Source: Rubripirellula sp.
GTDB lineage: Bacteria > Planctomycetota > Planctomycetia > Pirellulales > Pirellulaceae
Length of the DNA stretch: 64,000 bases
Assembly: GCA_965216875.1 (NCBI GenBank)
Contig: OZ244207.1
Location: 1,312,001-1,376,000 of the forward strand
Direction of reading: 5' to 3'
The notes below the pieces were generated by a model, which saw nothing but the letters and a program-made list of their open reading frames with translations, ran no database searches and was not told where the DNA came from. This document shows, one piece after another, positions 10,477 to 21,135 of this stretch (position 1 is the first letter of the stretch; the number at the start of each line of letters is the position of its first letter). The position numbers and the translations under genes were made by a program.

Positions 10477-11622
10477 GTGCCGATGTTTGACGAAGAGAGG
10501 CGATGCGCGTCAACGAGCCGACGTGCGCGCCAATGTTTGGGGGACAACGGGATGCCGATACATTTTCCACGACGGAGCTTTTTGGCCACTGCTGCAGCGT
10601 TTGCAATTCCAACGCTCGCGCAAGGCCAAGAGCCAGAAACGATCATTGCATTGCGTGAAACGACGGGCGAGACCTTTCCTGTTTCGTGCCATGCCGTTCG
10701 GCTTGGCGGTCGACGCAGCGAATTGGGCGTGGTGATCACTGCGGTGGCCCTGCATCCCTCGGGAGATGCCATCGCGGTCGCTGGCGACGACCATGTGATT
10801 CGGATATTGCACACCGATTCGCTTTCGGAAGTCGCCAAGTTGGAAGCGCACCGAGACTTGGTGCCGACCCTCGCGTTCGATCCTTCGGGCCGACGATTGC
10901 TTTCGGCCGGGAACGACGGCCAACTGATCATCTGGGAAAAGGACGCGACGCGCTCCCTGGGATCGTACAAAGTCGATCAAAGAATGACCGGTACGCCGGC
11001 AATCACCTGCGTGGCCTTTTCAAACGCGGGCGACACCTTTGCGGCTGTTGGCTTTAGCAACGTCGTTTACGTCAGCAGTCGCACCGGAACGTCGAAGCTC
11101 TCTTTCGAGTGCGACTGCAATGATCTGCGAGCGGTCACTTATCGTGATGACGATGGTGTCTTGGCCGTCGCAGGGCGGTCCGGACACATTCATCTCTTCG
11201 ATCCCGCCACCGGGAAGATGCTTGCCGAGTCTTTGATTCACGAAGGTCGCGTGCATCAAATTGCATTCCATCGCGATTCGGGATTGGCGGTGAGTGTTGG
11301 CGATGATGGATGCGTCTGTGCCTACGACAGCGAAACGCGCCGGCTCGTCAATCGAACCAAAGTGACCCGTGGCAAGTTGTTTGCCGTCACCGTAGTTGAT
11401 CGCGAGCGCGTTGCGGTGGCCGGTTCGGACAACAAGGTTCACGTTGTGAATACCAAAGACGCGGTGATCGAAGTGAGCTTGGCAGGGCATCAAGGTTCCG
11501 TCTCGGCGCTTGCTGCCGGCGGCGCCAGCGTTTACTCCGGCGGCTATGACGCATCGCTTCGTCGCTGGGCGATCGATCTTGGTTCGGAACGTATCGCGGA
11601 AGTCCCCGAGATCGATCGCTGA
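10477..11622 (+). CDS. WD40-repeat protein
   Basis: 'LEAH..V..LAFDPSG..LLSAGNDG..IIW' and 'LAGH.GSVSAL....YSGGYD..LRRW' repeats; Tat-like RRSFL leader from about 10552. Confidence 0.85.
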   Translation: MPMFDEERRCASTSRRARQCLGDNGMPIHFPRRSFLATAAAFAIPTLAQGQEPETIIALRETTGETFPVSCHAVRLGGRRSELGVVITAVALHPSGDAIAVAGDDHVIRILHTDSLSEVAKLEAHRDLVPTLAFDPSGRRLLSAGNDGQLIIWEKDATRSLGSYKVDQRMTGTPAITCVAFSNAGDTFAAVGFSNVVYVSSRTGTSKLSFECDCNDLRAVTYRDDDGVLAVAGRSGHIHLFDPATGKMLAESLIHEGRVHQIAFHRDSGLAVSVGDDGCVCAYDSETRRLVNRTKVTRGKLFAVTVVDRERVAVAGSDNKVHVVNTKDAVIEVSLAGHQGSVSALAAGGASVYSGGYDASLRRWAIDLGSERIAEVPEIDR

Positions 11623-11693
11623 CCGACGCCTCAGCACAACGACACACGGCAACGTACGACTACGAATGAGACGGCACACGGAGGTGCCAAAGC

Positions 11694-14600
11694 GTGATTT
11701 GGAAATCGAAACGCCAGCGAAACCAAGTTCGAGAAAACAACGATCCGGTGCGGCGACGAAGGTCGCGAGCGCCCGAGCGACTCGAGGGTCGACGGCTCTT
11801 GGCTGCAGACCCGATTCACGTCGGTGTCGTTTATCTCGAAACCGATTACCTGGAGAGTGACCAGGATGTCGGTAGCGATTCGCGCGGCGACCGCTTCATC
11901 TTGTCCTTTACCGGTGGTGCTGCAGACACCGAATTGAATCAGATTCGGATCAGCACCGACAAGGATGGTGATGGAATCTCGGTCGGTGATCCCATTTACG
12001 ACACAGCCACTGGCGGGCGGGGCAAGCAGGGGGCGCACAACTTCCAGGTCTTGCGAATTGAAACCACCGAGCCTGGACGCACACCCAGTGTGACGGCGGA
12101 AGTTGCCGACGGCGGCCAATTGTTGGTGCTGAACCTCTCGGATTTCAAAGCGGGCGACCGTCTTGAATTTAGCATCGATGTTGACGAAGTGCTTCGCAAT
12201 GCGCTCGATCTCGCGATCTTCAACGATCGTCTTGACGTGATCACATCGGGACAGGAATTCCAAGATTCCATTCTCGAAGCAACTTTCGACGCGCCGCATT
12301 ACGAAACGGCTCAGGCTGACGCAATTTTCTTGAACGACTATGGTGATCCCGCAAGTTTGCTCGGGATCGATTTGCCTCCTGACGAAGGGGATGATCCGTC
12401 AAGCCGCCCCGACCGATCGGCGGCCGCCGTGGCGTCAACCACGCAAACGCCGAAGCCCATTTCGATCAGCGGGCACGTCTGGGTCGACAACGACTTGGAT
12501 CTGCTTCGCGAAGCCAGCGAAGCGACCATCGGCGGAGTGCAAGTCGCTCTTTGGAAGTTTGATTCCGAAGCCAACCAATACGTCGACACGGGGCACCGCG
12601 CGACAACGGGCGTGACCGGCAGGTACGAGTTCGGCACTGGGCTTGGACTGATGCCCGGCACGTATCGGGTGGTCGAGTCACAGCCTGGCGGCTATTTCAG
12701 CGTCGGCGCCGTCACAGGAAATGTAGCGGGAAGCTCGACAGGGTCGATCGAATCCGTTGATGTGCTGACCGGAATCCACATTCCGCTCGGCGGAACCGCA
12801 GCCGAGAACTATGACTTTGCGGAAGCGGATCCAACATCGATCAGCGGTTTCGTTTATCGCGACCTTGATAACGATGGCGTGCGAGACGCTGGAGAATCGG
12901 GGATTGCAGGTGTCGAAGTGCGCCTGGTTCCGATCAATGCGCCATCGCAATCGTCGTTGACCGTTCGGACGGGTAGTGATGGTTCGTATCGATTCACTGG
13001 TCTTGCGCCGGGCAAGTACGAAGTCATCGAAGTGAATCAGCCAGCTGGGCTTGGCGACGGTAAAGACACACCCGGGACAGTGCGTGGCGCGACGGTTGGC
13101 ATCGCCGATCAACCGGGGGATCGCATTACGGCGATCATGCTCGCCGGAGGTGATGATGGGATCGAGTACAACTTCGGTGAGTTGCCACTAAGTGCTCTGT
13201 CGGGCTACGTCTTCCTCGCGGCGCCCGGCCACGACTGCGAACCAACCCACGGGCCCGATGGCAACATTCCGCTCGCCGACGTTCGAGTCGCCATCCAGGA
13301 CGAACAAGGGCAAACCGTTGCCGAAGTCCGAACGGGCAGCGACGGTGGTTATCGATTCGAGAACCTGACGCCGGGTACTTATCAAATCATTCAGTACACG
13401 CCGGATGGGTTGCTCGACGGATCAGCTCATCCAGGACGCATTGAGGGCGTGCGCGTTGGTACGGTTACCGTCGATGGGTTGATCCAGGACATTCGACTCA
13501 GCAATGCTGATGGCGTTGACTACAACTTTTGTGAAATCGCACCTGCAAGTGTCAGCGGATACGTCTACCACGACCAAAGCAACGACGGGCAACGCGATCA
13601 AGGCGAGGCGGGGATTGCCAACACAACGATCGATTTGGTCGACCAGAGTGGCGCGACTGTTGCAACCACCACCACCGACGCAAATGGCCGCTACGAGTTT
13701 GCAGGACTGGAGCCAGGACGCTACAGCATCCGAGAAACGCAGCCCAATGGCTACTTTGATGGGATCGATTCGGTTGGAAACATCCGCGGCAGCCAAGTTG
13801 GGCAGGCCAACGCAAACGACCAATTGTCGTCGATTGAACTGAAACAGGGTGATGCGGGCGTCGAATACAACTTCGGTGAATTGGCTCCAGCGAGTATCGC
13901 TGGCCAAGTTCACGTCGATTTGAACGACAATTGTTTGGTGGATCCGGGCGAAGAGACTCTCGCCGACGTTGTGATTCGGTTGCTCGACGCGCAAGGCAGC
14001 GAAGTGGCTCGCACAACAACCAATTCCGATGGCCGCTATGAATTTGCGAACTTGGCTCCTGGCACCTACACGCTCGTCCAACAACAGCCAAGCGGCGTGA
14101 TCGATGGCAATGCGATGCCCGGCAACGTCGGTGGTACGGCAAATTCATCCAACGTGATCGATGACGTGGTGCTTACCTCGGGCGCTGTTGGCGTTGATTA
14201 CGATTTTTGCGAGAAAGCACCAGCAGCAATCGTTGGAAACGTGTTCGGTGACCTTGACGGCGATTGCGTTCGAGACGCTGGCGAAGCGGGCATCGAGAAT
14301 GTCACGATCGAGCTCTACGACGCATCGGGCCGACTGGTTGCAACGACAACAACCGACGCCGCCGGTGATTACCGCTTTGAAGGTTTGTCCGCCGGACAAT
14401 ACACGGTCCGCGAGCTGCAACCGACAGGTTGGTTGCAAGGCAGCCAGCACGCCGGTTCAGGTGGTGGCGACGACTCGGTTCAGGACACCATCTCGCAGAT
14501 CCAACTCGGGTGGGGACAGCGACTGACGAACTACGACTTCTGCGAGTTGCCGACATCGTCGATCACCGGAATCGTTTTCGTCGACGGAAACGGAAACTGC

Positions 14601-16850
14601 GTTCACGACAGTTCGGAGCAGCTCGTTGCGGGTGTGACCATTGAACTGCGCGACGCGTCGGGACATCTCGTAGCGACAACAACGACCGATGGAGCAGGAC
14701 GCTATCGCTTCGATGGTCTCGCAGCCGGTGAATACCAGATCATTGAACGGCAACCCGGTGAACTGTTTGACGGGAATGAGATGCCTGGCACTGGTAACGG
14801 ATTTGTCCTTGGCGATGATGCGTTGGGAGTCCAGCTGCTGACCGGACAAAATGTGGTCGATTACAACTTCTGCGAACTCGCACCGGCAACGCTGATCGGT
14901 TGCGTGTGGGAAGACACCACGGCGAACAACCAGTTTGATGCGGGCGAAGTTCCTGTCGCCGGCGTGATTATTGAGCTGCTTGACGCTGACGGCAACGTTG
15001 TTGCGCAGACGGTGACCGACCATGCTGGGAAATACCGTTTCGAATCACTGCGTCCTGGAACCTATAGCGTTCGCGAAACGCAACCGGTCGACCTGTTCCA
15101 TGGTGGCCAACTTGTTGGAAGCGAAGGTGGTGTGGTTGCTGGGCAAGACGTCATCGCCAACATCAAATTGCGAAGCGGAGTCGTCGCCGACGGGTATGAC
15201 TTCCCCGAGATTCCGCCGGCCACGATCTCGGGCTATGTCTTCCAGGATGGCGACGAGATCGAAGTTTCCGAGATTCCTGACGCAACCGAGTTGCGCGAGT
15301 TTTCGGATGGCCTGTTGACCGGCGACGACACGCCGATCGCTGGGGTCACGCTGTCGTTGCGTACGGCCGACGGCGAAGTCGTTCCGGTCTCGATGGCGAT
15401 CAATGGCATCTATTTCGGCGATGGTGTTTCGGTCACAACAGACGCCGATGGATATTACCAATTCAGCGGTTTGCGACCGGGCGTTTACCACGTCTTCCAA
15501 TCGCATCCCGATGGCTTTGTCGATGGTCTTGATTCTCCGGGCACGACCGGTGGCTTGGCCGTGAACGCCGCGGATGATTACAGCGAATCGGACCAGCGAT
15601 TCGTCGATTCACTGGGGCTTTCGGATCACTACGACGCCATCTTGAGTGTTGGCGTCGTCGGTGGCCAGCACTCGCAGCACAACAACTTCAGTGAACTTGT
15701 GATTGTGCAGGTCGATGATCCATTGATTCCAATTTTGCCACCGCCGACGGTGGTGACGCCGGAGTCCGAGTTTGCACCGATCGAGACTTTCCTGCAGCAA
15801 ACGCAATCACTGATTCGCGCAACGGCTTTGGTCGACACCGACTACCAGCCGCCATTCATCTACGCCAACAGTGACTGGAACATGTCATGGCACTTGAGCG
15901 TGATCAATGCCGGCTTCCCTCGCGGTCCCGTTGAAGCTGGCAGTTCGGTGATTCGAAGTGTGAGTGTGCGAAGCGGTGCCGTCTCATGGCGTGATGGTCA
16001 ACACACAAAGGGATCGTGGTCGCTCGTCAACGATGGTCGGCTGCAAACGATGGATGGGCTGACATTGGGTGAAGACTCAGCGGTGCCGCTGAGTGGTGAC
16101 TTCAATGGTGACAACCGTGACGAAGTCGCGATCTACGTCAACGGAAACTGGTACGTCGATCTCAACGGCAACGGGCGCTGGGATGCCGGGGACCTGTGGA
16201 TTGGACTCGGCACCGAAATGGATCGACCAGTCGTGGGTGACTGGGACGGCGATGGCAAAGATGACATCGGAATCTTTGGACCGCAATGGATGCGCGATCG
16301 GCTGCGCATTCCGCGCGATCCCGGTTTGCCTGATAAGCAAAACCAGCGGCGGCGAGACTATGAGTCGTACGACTACGCGGCTGATGAGAATGTGAAAGAG
16401 GAAGAGAAGCGTGAACTCAGGCATGCCGCACTCGGTGACAAGTCGCGCGCCGATGCCGTGGATCATGTGTTCCGCTATGGCGATCAGGTCGACACGCCCA
16501 TCTCGGGCGATTGGAACAGCGACGGGATTGATCAGATCGGTATCTTCCGCGAGGGACAATGGGTCCTCGACGTCGACGGCGATGGACGCTGGACCGGTCT
16601 GGATGAGTACGCCGAATTTGGTCAACCAGGTGATGTGCCTGTGGTCGGTGACTTCAACGGCGATCGCATCGACGAAATCGCTGTGGTTCGTGGCAACACT
16701 TGGATCATCGATAGCGATGGCGATCGCAAGATCACCGCCAACGACAAGCGGATCGAAGTGCCACGGCCAAGCGAAGATAGCCAACCGATTGTTGGTGACT
16801 TTGATGGCGACGGAAAAGACGAGCCAGGCTACTACGACGAGGCTGCTTAG
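11694..16850 (+). CDS. large exported SdrD-B/Cna-B repeat protein with C-terminal FG-GAP-like (GDWDGDG) repeats
   Basis: ERLEGRRLLA planctomycete leader; about 9 'SISG.V..D...G.RD.GE..I..V.I.L...TT...G.Y.F..L.PG.Y' repeats; GD(W/F)NGD repeats at the C-terminus. Confidence 0.9.
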   Translation: MIWKSKRQRNQVRENNDPVRRRRSRAPERLEGRRLLAADPIHVGVVYLETDYLESDQDVGSDSRGDRFILSFTGGAADTELNQIRISTDKDGDGISVGDPIYDTATGGRGKQGAHNFQVLRIETTEPGRTPSVTAEVADGGQLLVLNLSDFKAGDRLEFSIDVDEVLRNALDLAIFNDRLDVITSGQEFQDSILEATFDAPHYETAQADAIFLNDYGDPASLLGIDLPPDEGDDPSSRPDRSAAAVASTTQTPKPISISGHVWVDNDLDLLREASEATIGGVQVALWKFDSEANQYVDTGHRATTGVTGRYEFGTGLGLMPGTYRVVESQPGGYFSVGAVTGNVAGSSTGSIESVDVLTGIHIPLGGTAAENYDFAEADPTSISGFVYRDLDNDGVRDAGESGIAGVEVRLVPINAPSQSSLTVRTGSDGSYRFTGLAPGKYEVIEVNQPAGLGDGKDTPGTVRGATVGIADQPGDRITAIMLAGGDDGIEYNFGELPLSALSGYVFLAAPGHDCEPTHGPDGNIPLADVRVAIQDEQGQTVAEVRTGSDGGYRFENLTPGTYQIIQYTPDGLLDGSAHPGRIEGVRVGTVTVDGLIQDIRLSNADGVDYNFCEIAPASVSGYVYHDQSNDGQRDQGEAGIANTTIDLVDQSGATVATTTTDANGRYEFAGLEPGRYSIRETQPNGYFDGIDSVGNIRGSQVGQANANDQLSSIELKQGDAGVEYNFGELAPASIAGQVHVDLNDNCLVDPGEETLADVVIRLLDAQGSEVARTTTNSDGRYEFANLAPGTYTLVQQQPSGVIDGNAMPGNVGGTANSSNVIDDVVLTSGAVGVDYDFCEKAPAAIVGNVFGDLDGDCVRDAGEAGIENVTIELYDASGRLVATTTTDAAGDYRFEGLSAGQYTVRELQPTGWLQGSQHAGSGGGDDSVQDTISQIQLGWGQRLTNYDFCELPTSSITGIVFVDGNGNCVHDSSEQLVAGVTIELRDASGHLVATTTTDGAGRYRFDGLAAGEYQIIERQPGELFDGNEMPGTGNGFVLGDDALGVQLLTGQNVVDYNFCELAPATLIGCVWEDTTANNQFDAGEVPVAGVIIELLDADGNVVAQTVTDHAGKYRFESLRPGTYSVRETQPVDLFHGGQLVGSEGGVVAGQDVIANIKLRSGVVADGYDFPEIPPATISGYVFQDGDEIEVSEIPDATELREFSDGLLTGDDTPIAGVTLSLRTADGEVVPVSMAINGIYFGDGVSVTTDADGYYQFSGLRPGVYHVFQSHPDGFVDGLDSPGTTGGLAVNAADDYSESDQRFVDSLGLSDHYDAILSVGVVGGQHSQHNNFSELVIVQVDDPLIPILPPPTVVTPESEFAPIETFLQQTQSLIRATALVDTDYQPPFIYANSDWNMSWHLSVINAGFPRGPVEAGSSVIRSVSVRSGAVSWRDGQHTKGSWSLVNDGRLQTMDGLTLGEDSAVPLSGDFNGDNRDEVAIYVNGNWYVDLNGNGRWDAGDLWIGLGTEMDRPVVGDWDGDGKDDIGIFGPQWMRDRLRIPRDPGLPDKQNQRRRDYESYDYAADENVKEEEKRELRHAALGDKSRADAVDHVFRYGDQVDTPISGDWNSDGIDQIGIFREGQWVLDVDGDGRWTGLDEYAEFGQPGDVPVVGDFNGDRIDEIAVVRGNTWIIDSDGDRKITANDKRIEVPRPSEDSQPIVGDFDGDGKDEPGYYDEAA

Positions 16851-16997
16851 CGGCCAGGCACCGGTTGCTTGTTACGCGCTGGCCGGGCCCGAAGCCTGAC
16901 GGCCAGCGGCTCACGAAGGCACGTGAGCCGCGATCGCGTAAGCGGCCGGGCATTTTGTACACGCTGGAACGCCCAAGGCCTCACGGCCAGCGGCTCA
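16845..16997. repeat. tandem REP-like units (GTGAGCCG...GGCCAGCGGCTCA family)
   Basis: Two GGCCAGCGGCTCA ends (about 16901-16913 and 16985-16997) and one GTGAGCCGCGATCGCGTAAGCGGCCGGG start; same family as 38620-38712. Confidence 0.75.
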
Positions 16998-17058
16998 ACG
17001 CTGTAATCCTCATCGCGATCGAACTGCAAAAAGCGGCCGTTTTTGCTGCTAGCGGCAC

Positions 17059-17113
17059 TTGACTGGCCGAGTGACTCTCTCTAAAATGCAAATGCTATTG
17101 ATTCTCAATAGCA
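17059..17113 (+). promoter_or_regulatory. sigma70-type promoter with an adjacent palindromic operator (Fur-family-like box)
   Basis: TTGACT (17059-64), 17 bp, TAAAAT (17082-87), then TGCTATTGA-ttc-TCAATAGCA (17093-17113) over the predicted transcription start. Confidence 0.7.
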
Positions 17114-17254
17114 GAAAAATCGACGACGCAGCAAGCCACGGGGCCGCCCATTCTTGGGCGGGCTCCTTTCGCCAGCCACGCTCGGTTCTGACTTCGGTTC
17201 AACGTGAACCGAGGCTGATTCCCTTCGTGTGCTTTCGAAATGAGGAGCCACAAC

Positions 17255-18154
17255 GTGACCCGTCACACATCACCGCTGCGCGCACTGGGCCGCAGTGCGA
17301 ACCGCAGCGCTTTCACTCTTGTTGAGCTGTTGGTTGTCATCGCAATCATTGGCATTTTGGTTGCCCTGCTTTTGCCCGCCGTTCAAGCTGCCCGCGGCAG
17401 CGCACGGCGCATGAGTTGCACCAACAACATGCGTCAGATCGGATTGGCACTTCACAATTACCACGCCACCTTCAAGGAATTCCCCGAAGGCTCTCGGCAA
17501 AGCAACTTCATTGGCCCACTTGCTTCCGTATTGCCTTATCTCGAAGAGGGGAGCACGTACCAACAGTTCGATTTCAGCAAGCGCTACTCGGACCCTTACA
17601 ACCAGGAAGTTGCCGGTCAAACGATTGCGACCTACTTGTGTCCTTCGATGCCATTGCCGCGCGAAGTCCCACTCGTTTCCGCTGGCGAAACGGGAGGACC
17701 TTCGAGTTATCTCGGAAACGAGGGAACGGCTTCGTACATGCGCACCAACGATGGCATGTTCGGTCTGAACTGGCCGACTTACGGTTTCAGGAATCCCGCG
17801 ACGAAGTTTCGTAACTTCACCGACGGTACAAGCACGACGTTTGCGTACGGCGAAACCACGTATGACATGCTCGACTATACGTGGCGTCCGCCTTCGCCAT
17901 TGGCAGGCGAGGTCAAATGGGGAACGGGACGATGGGTGCTTGGTTATCCCGCGATCTCGCTTGGCACGACGCTCAAGGAAATGAATGTTCACAACGCGGC
18001 CAACAACGGCGGTTTTCAAAGCATGCATCCCGGCGGCGTTCATTTCTTGTTTGTCGATGGCAGTGTTCGGTACTTGAACGAGTCGTTGGATCGAGAAACC
18101 TACAATGCGATGGCGACCCGCAATGGGCATGAAACGATCGAGGTGGTTGAATGA
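17255..18154 (+). CDS. DUF1559 family prepilin-type protein
   Basis: [49 protein letters not shown] and [14 protein letters not shown]; start GTG 17255 after a GAGGAG RBS. Confidence 0.95.
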   Translation: MTRHTSPLRALGRSANRSAFTLVELLVVIAIIGILVALLLPAVQAARGSARRMSCTNNMRQIGLALHNYHATFKEFPEGSRQSNFIGPLASVLPYLEEGSTYQQFDFSKRYSDPYNQEVAGQTIATYLCPSMPLPREVPLVSAGETGGPSSYLGNEGTASYMRTNDGMFGLNWPTYGFRNPATKFRNFTDGTSTTFAYGETTYDMLDYTWRPPSPLAGEVKWGTGRWVLGYPAISLGTTLKEMNVHNAANNGGFQSMHPGGVHFLFVDGSVRYLNESLDRETYNAMATRNGHETIEVVE

Positions 18155-18570
18155 GACCGCTGAATCTTTTGATTGCGGGTCTTGTTGTTGCCATCGCAAA
18201 CGGTTGCAGCCGCGAGCCCGAGCCAACGCGCGTCGCCGTCCGCGGGACGTTGCAGTTGTCGGGCCGACCTCTGTCTGACGTCACGGTCAGCTTTGTGCCA
18301 AAGAAGCAGGGTGTCAGTGCGACAGCAAACGTTGTCGCTGGCCAGTTTGAGATTTCGGCGGAGCAGGGCCCCAGTCCAGGCGAGCATTTCGTTGTCGTAC
18401 GACCGAAATTCCCCGAGTTTGACCAAGCGATGGAGCAAATCGAAGCGGGCAAACGTGATCCGCTTAACGTTGCTGCTGTCCCGCTCGCCTATCAAAAGCC
18501 GGGCCGATTGAAGGCAACACTCGAAGAACAATCGGACAATGAGCTCACCTTCGAGCTCTCGTCACACTGA
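18151..18570 (+). CDS. lipoprotein with carboxypeptidase-regulatory-like domain (typical DUF1559 partner)
   Basis: Lipobox-like ANGC; 'V.GT...G.PL...V.F.P' and 'GP.PGEH.V' patterns; 4-bp overlap with the upstream gene. Confidence 0.8.
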   Translation: MRPLNLLIAGLVVAIANGCSREPEPTRVAVRGTLQLSGRPLSDVTVSFVPKKQGVSATANVVAGQFEISAEQGPSPGEHFVVVRPKFPEFDQAMEQIEAGKRDPLNVAAVPLAYQKPGRLKATLEEQSDNELTFELSSH

Positions 18571-18607
18571 TACAATCAACCAAAACTCCCATTCAATAAG
18601 CGAAGCT

Positions 18608-20257
18608 ATGCAAACCCATTCCACCATGATTCGATCGGCGATGCTTTCGATCGTTTTTGCGGCCCTCGTGACGAGCGGTCCCGTCCTCGCACACTTTCCG
18701 TGGCTCTGTGTCCAAGACGACGCAGCGGTTCTCTTTTTCGGCGAAGACATCACTGACCGAACCTACCAACTGCCCAAGTCGCTCCAGGCGTTCCCGTTGC
18801 AGCTCGCCTCCGCTGGCGGAGCTTCGGTCTCGCTCGAAACCGTCGCGGTCGACACTGACAAACTTGTCGGCTTGCGCGTCGTAAACAAAGAGTTGCCGTC
18901 ATCGGGCCTGATTCATGGTCAAGCGACCTACGGCGTTTATCATGGCACCAAGCTGACCTATTACGTTCAACACGCTCTCGATCTGTCCAACGAGTCGTTG
19001 CAAGCCAAGAGTTCCAACGAGCTTCAAGCACGTTTGTCCAAGATTCCCGAAGGTGTCAGAGTCGTCGTGATGCGACAGGGCAAGCCGCTCGGCGACTCGA
19101 CGGTCAAGCTCTACTGCGACGAAGGCCATTTGGAGGCGGAACACAAGACTGACAGCGACGGGGCGTGTGAATTCACCACAAGCGAATTGGAAGGTGGATT
19201 GAATGCGATTGTTGTTGGCGCAAAAGAAGAGGATGCGGTCGGCAAAGTTGGCGATATCCCCTACACATCTGAAACACACTATTTGACGGCCACCTTCGTT
19301 TGGGGCGAAGAGAAGCGTGATGATTCTGTCGACGTCTCGGCCTCAGGCGTTGCCGACTTGCCGTTGGAATTGACCAGCTTTGGGGGTGCGGTCCACGACG
19401 GACGCCTTTTTGTTTACGGCGGGCATACAGGGTCCGCTCATTCCTATTCAACCGCCGAGCAATCGAATCAGTTTTTCTCGATTGATGCTCAGGGAGCCAA
19501 GCAATGGACGGAGCATCCCGCGGGGCCAAGACTTCAAGGCTTGGCTCTCGTTTCGACGCCGCGCGGTCTCTATCGCATCGGCGGTTTCACTGCGATGAAC
19601 GAAGAAGGTGAAGAGCACGATCTGCATTCTCAGGCTACCGTGTCGCGTTTTGATGCGGAGAAGAACCAGTGGGTTGAGGCGCCCGCCCTGCCAGAACCTC
19701 GGTCATCTTTCGAAGCGTGCTGTGTCGGAACCGAGATCTTCGTTGTCGGCGGGTGGTCGCTAAACGGGAGCGATGATTCCTCGTGGCATTCAACGGCGTG
19801 GCGGATGGACGTTGCCGCTGACAATCCCAAGTGGGTCCCCATCGCCGATCCGCCATTCCAGCGTCGTGCGCTCGCCGTGTTGGCTCACGAAGGCAAGGTT
19901 CACGCGATTGGTGGGATGGCCAAGCAGGGAGGCCCCACAACACGGACCGATGTCTATGATCCCAAGACGGACACCTGGACCAAGGGCGCCAATTTACAAG
20001 GCGCTCCGATGTCGGGTTTTGGTTGCAACGGCGATTCGATGGGCGGACGTTTGGTGATCACCACCGTGACAGGCGAAGTCCAAGTCTTGTCCGAAGATGA
20101 CAAAACATGGCAGGTCCAAGGCAAACTCAAGCCAGGTCGCTTTTTCCATTTTGTCGCGCCGGTCAATGACGACACGCTGCTGTTGGTCGGCGGAGCGAAC
20201 ATGTCGATTGGTAAGTTCACCGAAGTGCAGAAAGTTACTCTAGGGCAAGCCAACTAG
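18608..20257 (+). CDS. exported protein: DUF4198-like N-terminal domain plus Kelch-repeat propeller
   Basis: Signal peptide followed by AHFPWL; 'GKPL....V...TD.DG...F' fold motif; Kelch repeats with GG motifs (LFVYGG, YRIGG, FVVGG, HAIGG, LLVGG). Confidence 0.8.
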   Translation: MQTHSTMIRSAMLSIVFAALVTSGPVLAHFPWLCVQDDAAVLFFGEDITDRTYQLPKSLQAFPLQLASAGGASVSLETVAVDTDKLVGLRVVNKELPSSGLIHGQATYGVYHGTKLTYYVQHALDLSNESLQAKSSNELQARLSKIPEGVRVVVMRQGKPLGDSTVKLYCDEGHLEAEHKTDSDGACEFTTSELEGGLNAIVVGAKEEDAVGKVGDIPYTSETHYLTATFVWGEEKRDDSVDVSASGVADLPLELTSFGGAVHDGRLFVYGGHTGSAHSYSTAEQSNQFFSIDAQGAKQWTEHPAGPRLQGLALVSTPRGLYRIGGFTAMNEEGEEHDLHSQATVSRFDAEKNQWVEAPALPEPRSSFEACCVGTEIFVVGGWSLNGSDDSSWHSTAWRMDVAADNPKWVPIADPPFQRRALAVLAHEGKVHAIGGMAKQGGPTTRTDVYDPKTDTWTKGANLQGAPMSGFGCNGDSMGGRLVITTVTGEVQVLSEDDKTWQVQGKLKPGRFFHFVAPVNDDTLLLVGGANMSIGKFTEVQKVTLGQAN

Positions 20258-20274
20258 CATGAAAGGGCAAGCCA

Positions 20275-20299
20275 CGGCGGGAGCGTGAGGCTCCCGCCG
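20275..20299. terminator. GC-rich hairpin between convergent genes
   Basis: CGGCGGGAGC-gtgag-GCTCCCGCCG; no strong U-tract. Confidence 0.5.
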
Positions 20300-20328
20300 C
20301 GGACTTGATCTCTTGAAGCCGGCGTTTG

Positions 20329-20982
20329 CTACGCCGAAGTCACTGGCATCTCGAGTGTACGAATCGCAAAGTCACCGAGGGTTGCAGACAGGCTTTGCTG
20401 CTTTCCTTCAGCGACGTAGCGGACCAGCGTTTCACTCGCCAAGACTGCCGACAGGATGGCGAGGTTCCGGGCGAGCGGGTACTCACAAACGTCGCCTTCG
20501 ACGTCGTTTGGCACTCGGTATTGGTCGTCCCAGACGACTTCACAGTAGTCTTCGAAAAGACCAACGTGCAGACACGGCATGTCAACCTTGCGTACGTGCC
20601 GCTGGACCCTTTGGCGAGATTGCGAGTTGTCAAAGGCATCAACGACGATGTCAGCCTGCTTCAAGAGCGACTTGACGTTACGATCATCAAGCTTTTTGGC
20701 GCTCGCTTCGATTTCAAGACCGACCGAGCGAAACAGCTTGGCACGCAAGATATCGACCTTGCGCGCACCAACGTCTGCGACATCGTACAACTGAGTGCTG
20801 ATGTTGTGCTCTTCGACACGGTCAAAGTCGATCACGCGCAGACGCCGAAACCCTTGGCGTAGCAAGTTGTCGACGAGGTTGGAACCGATCGCGCCGGCAC
20901 CACAGACCACAACCAATGGCTGGGCAAGGTTAGCCAGGGCCTCTTCACCTCGGTAAAGTTCTTCGTGCATCAGTGGTTTCAT
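20329..20982 (-). CDS. ThiF/MoeB/E1-like ubiquitin-like-protein activating (adenylating) enzyme
   Basis: VVCGAGAIGS nucleotide-binding loop, IDFDRVEEHNISTQ, G.RKV and VVDAFDN..SR; candidate catalytic Cys in DVCEYPLARN; start MKPLMHE (the ORF-track extension to 21108 is doubtful). Confidence 0.92.
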   Translation of the reverse strand: MKPLMHEELYRGEEALANLAQPLVVVCGAGAIGSNLVDNLLRQGFRRLRVIDFDRVEEHNISTQLYDVADVGARKVDILRAKLFRSVGLEIEASAKKLDDRNVKSLLKQADIVVDAFDNSQSRQRVQRHVRKVDMPCLHVGLFEDYCEVVWDDQYRVPNDVEGDVCEYPLARNLAILSAVLASETLVRYVAEGKQQSLSATLGDFAIRTLEMPVTSA

Positions 20983-21135
20983 GTCTATGCCTGTTTTGTT
21001 TGGAACCGGACAACTCAAAAAAACGTATCGAGGCGGTCTCGCTAACGCGCCCGTTGGTCGTACCGCCCAGGAGCGGAATGACCGGCCTTCCAAGGTCGAT
21101 ACGACCAACGGTGTCGCGTACCGAAAAAATGAACG

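Noticed and set aside
20329..20982. Housekeeping thiF/moeB for thiamine or molybdopterin synthesis
   Set aside because: No CxxC zinc motifs or rhodanese domain, and no thiG, moaE or GG-ending sulfur carrier nearby; gene symbol withheld.
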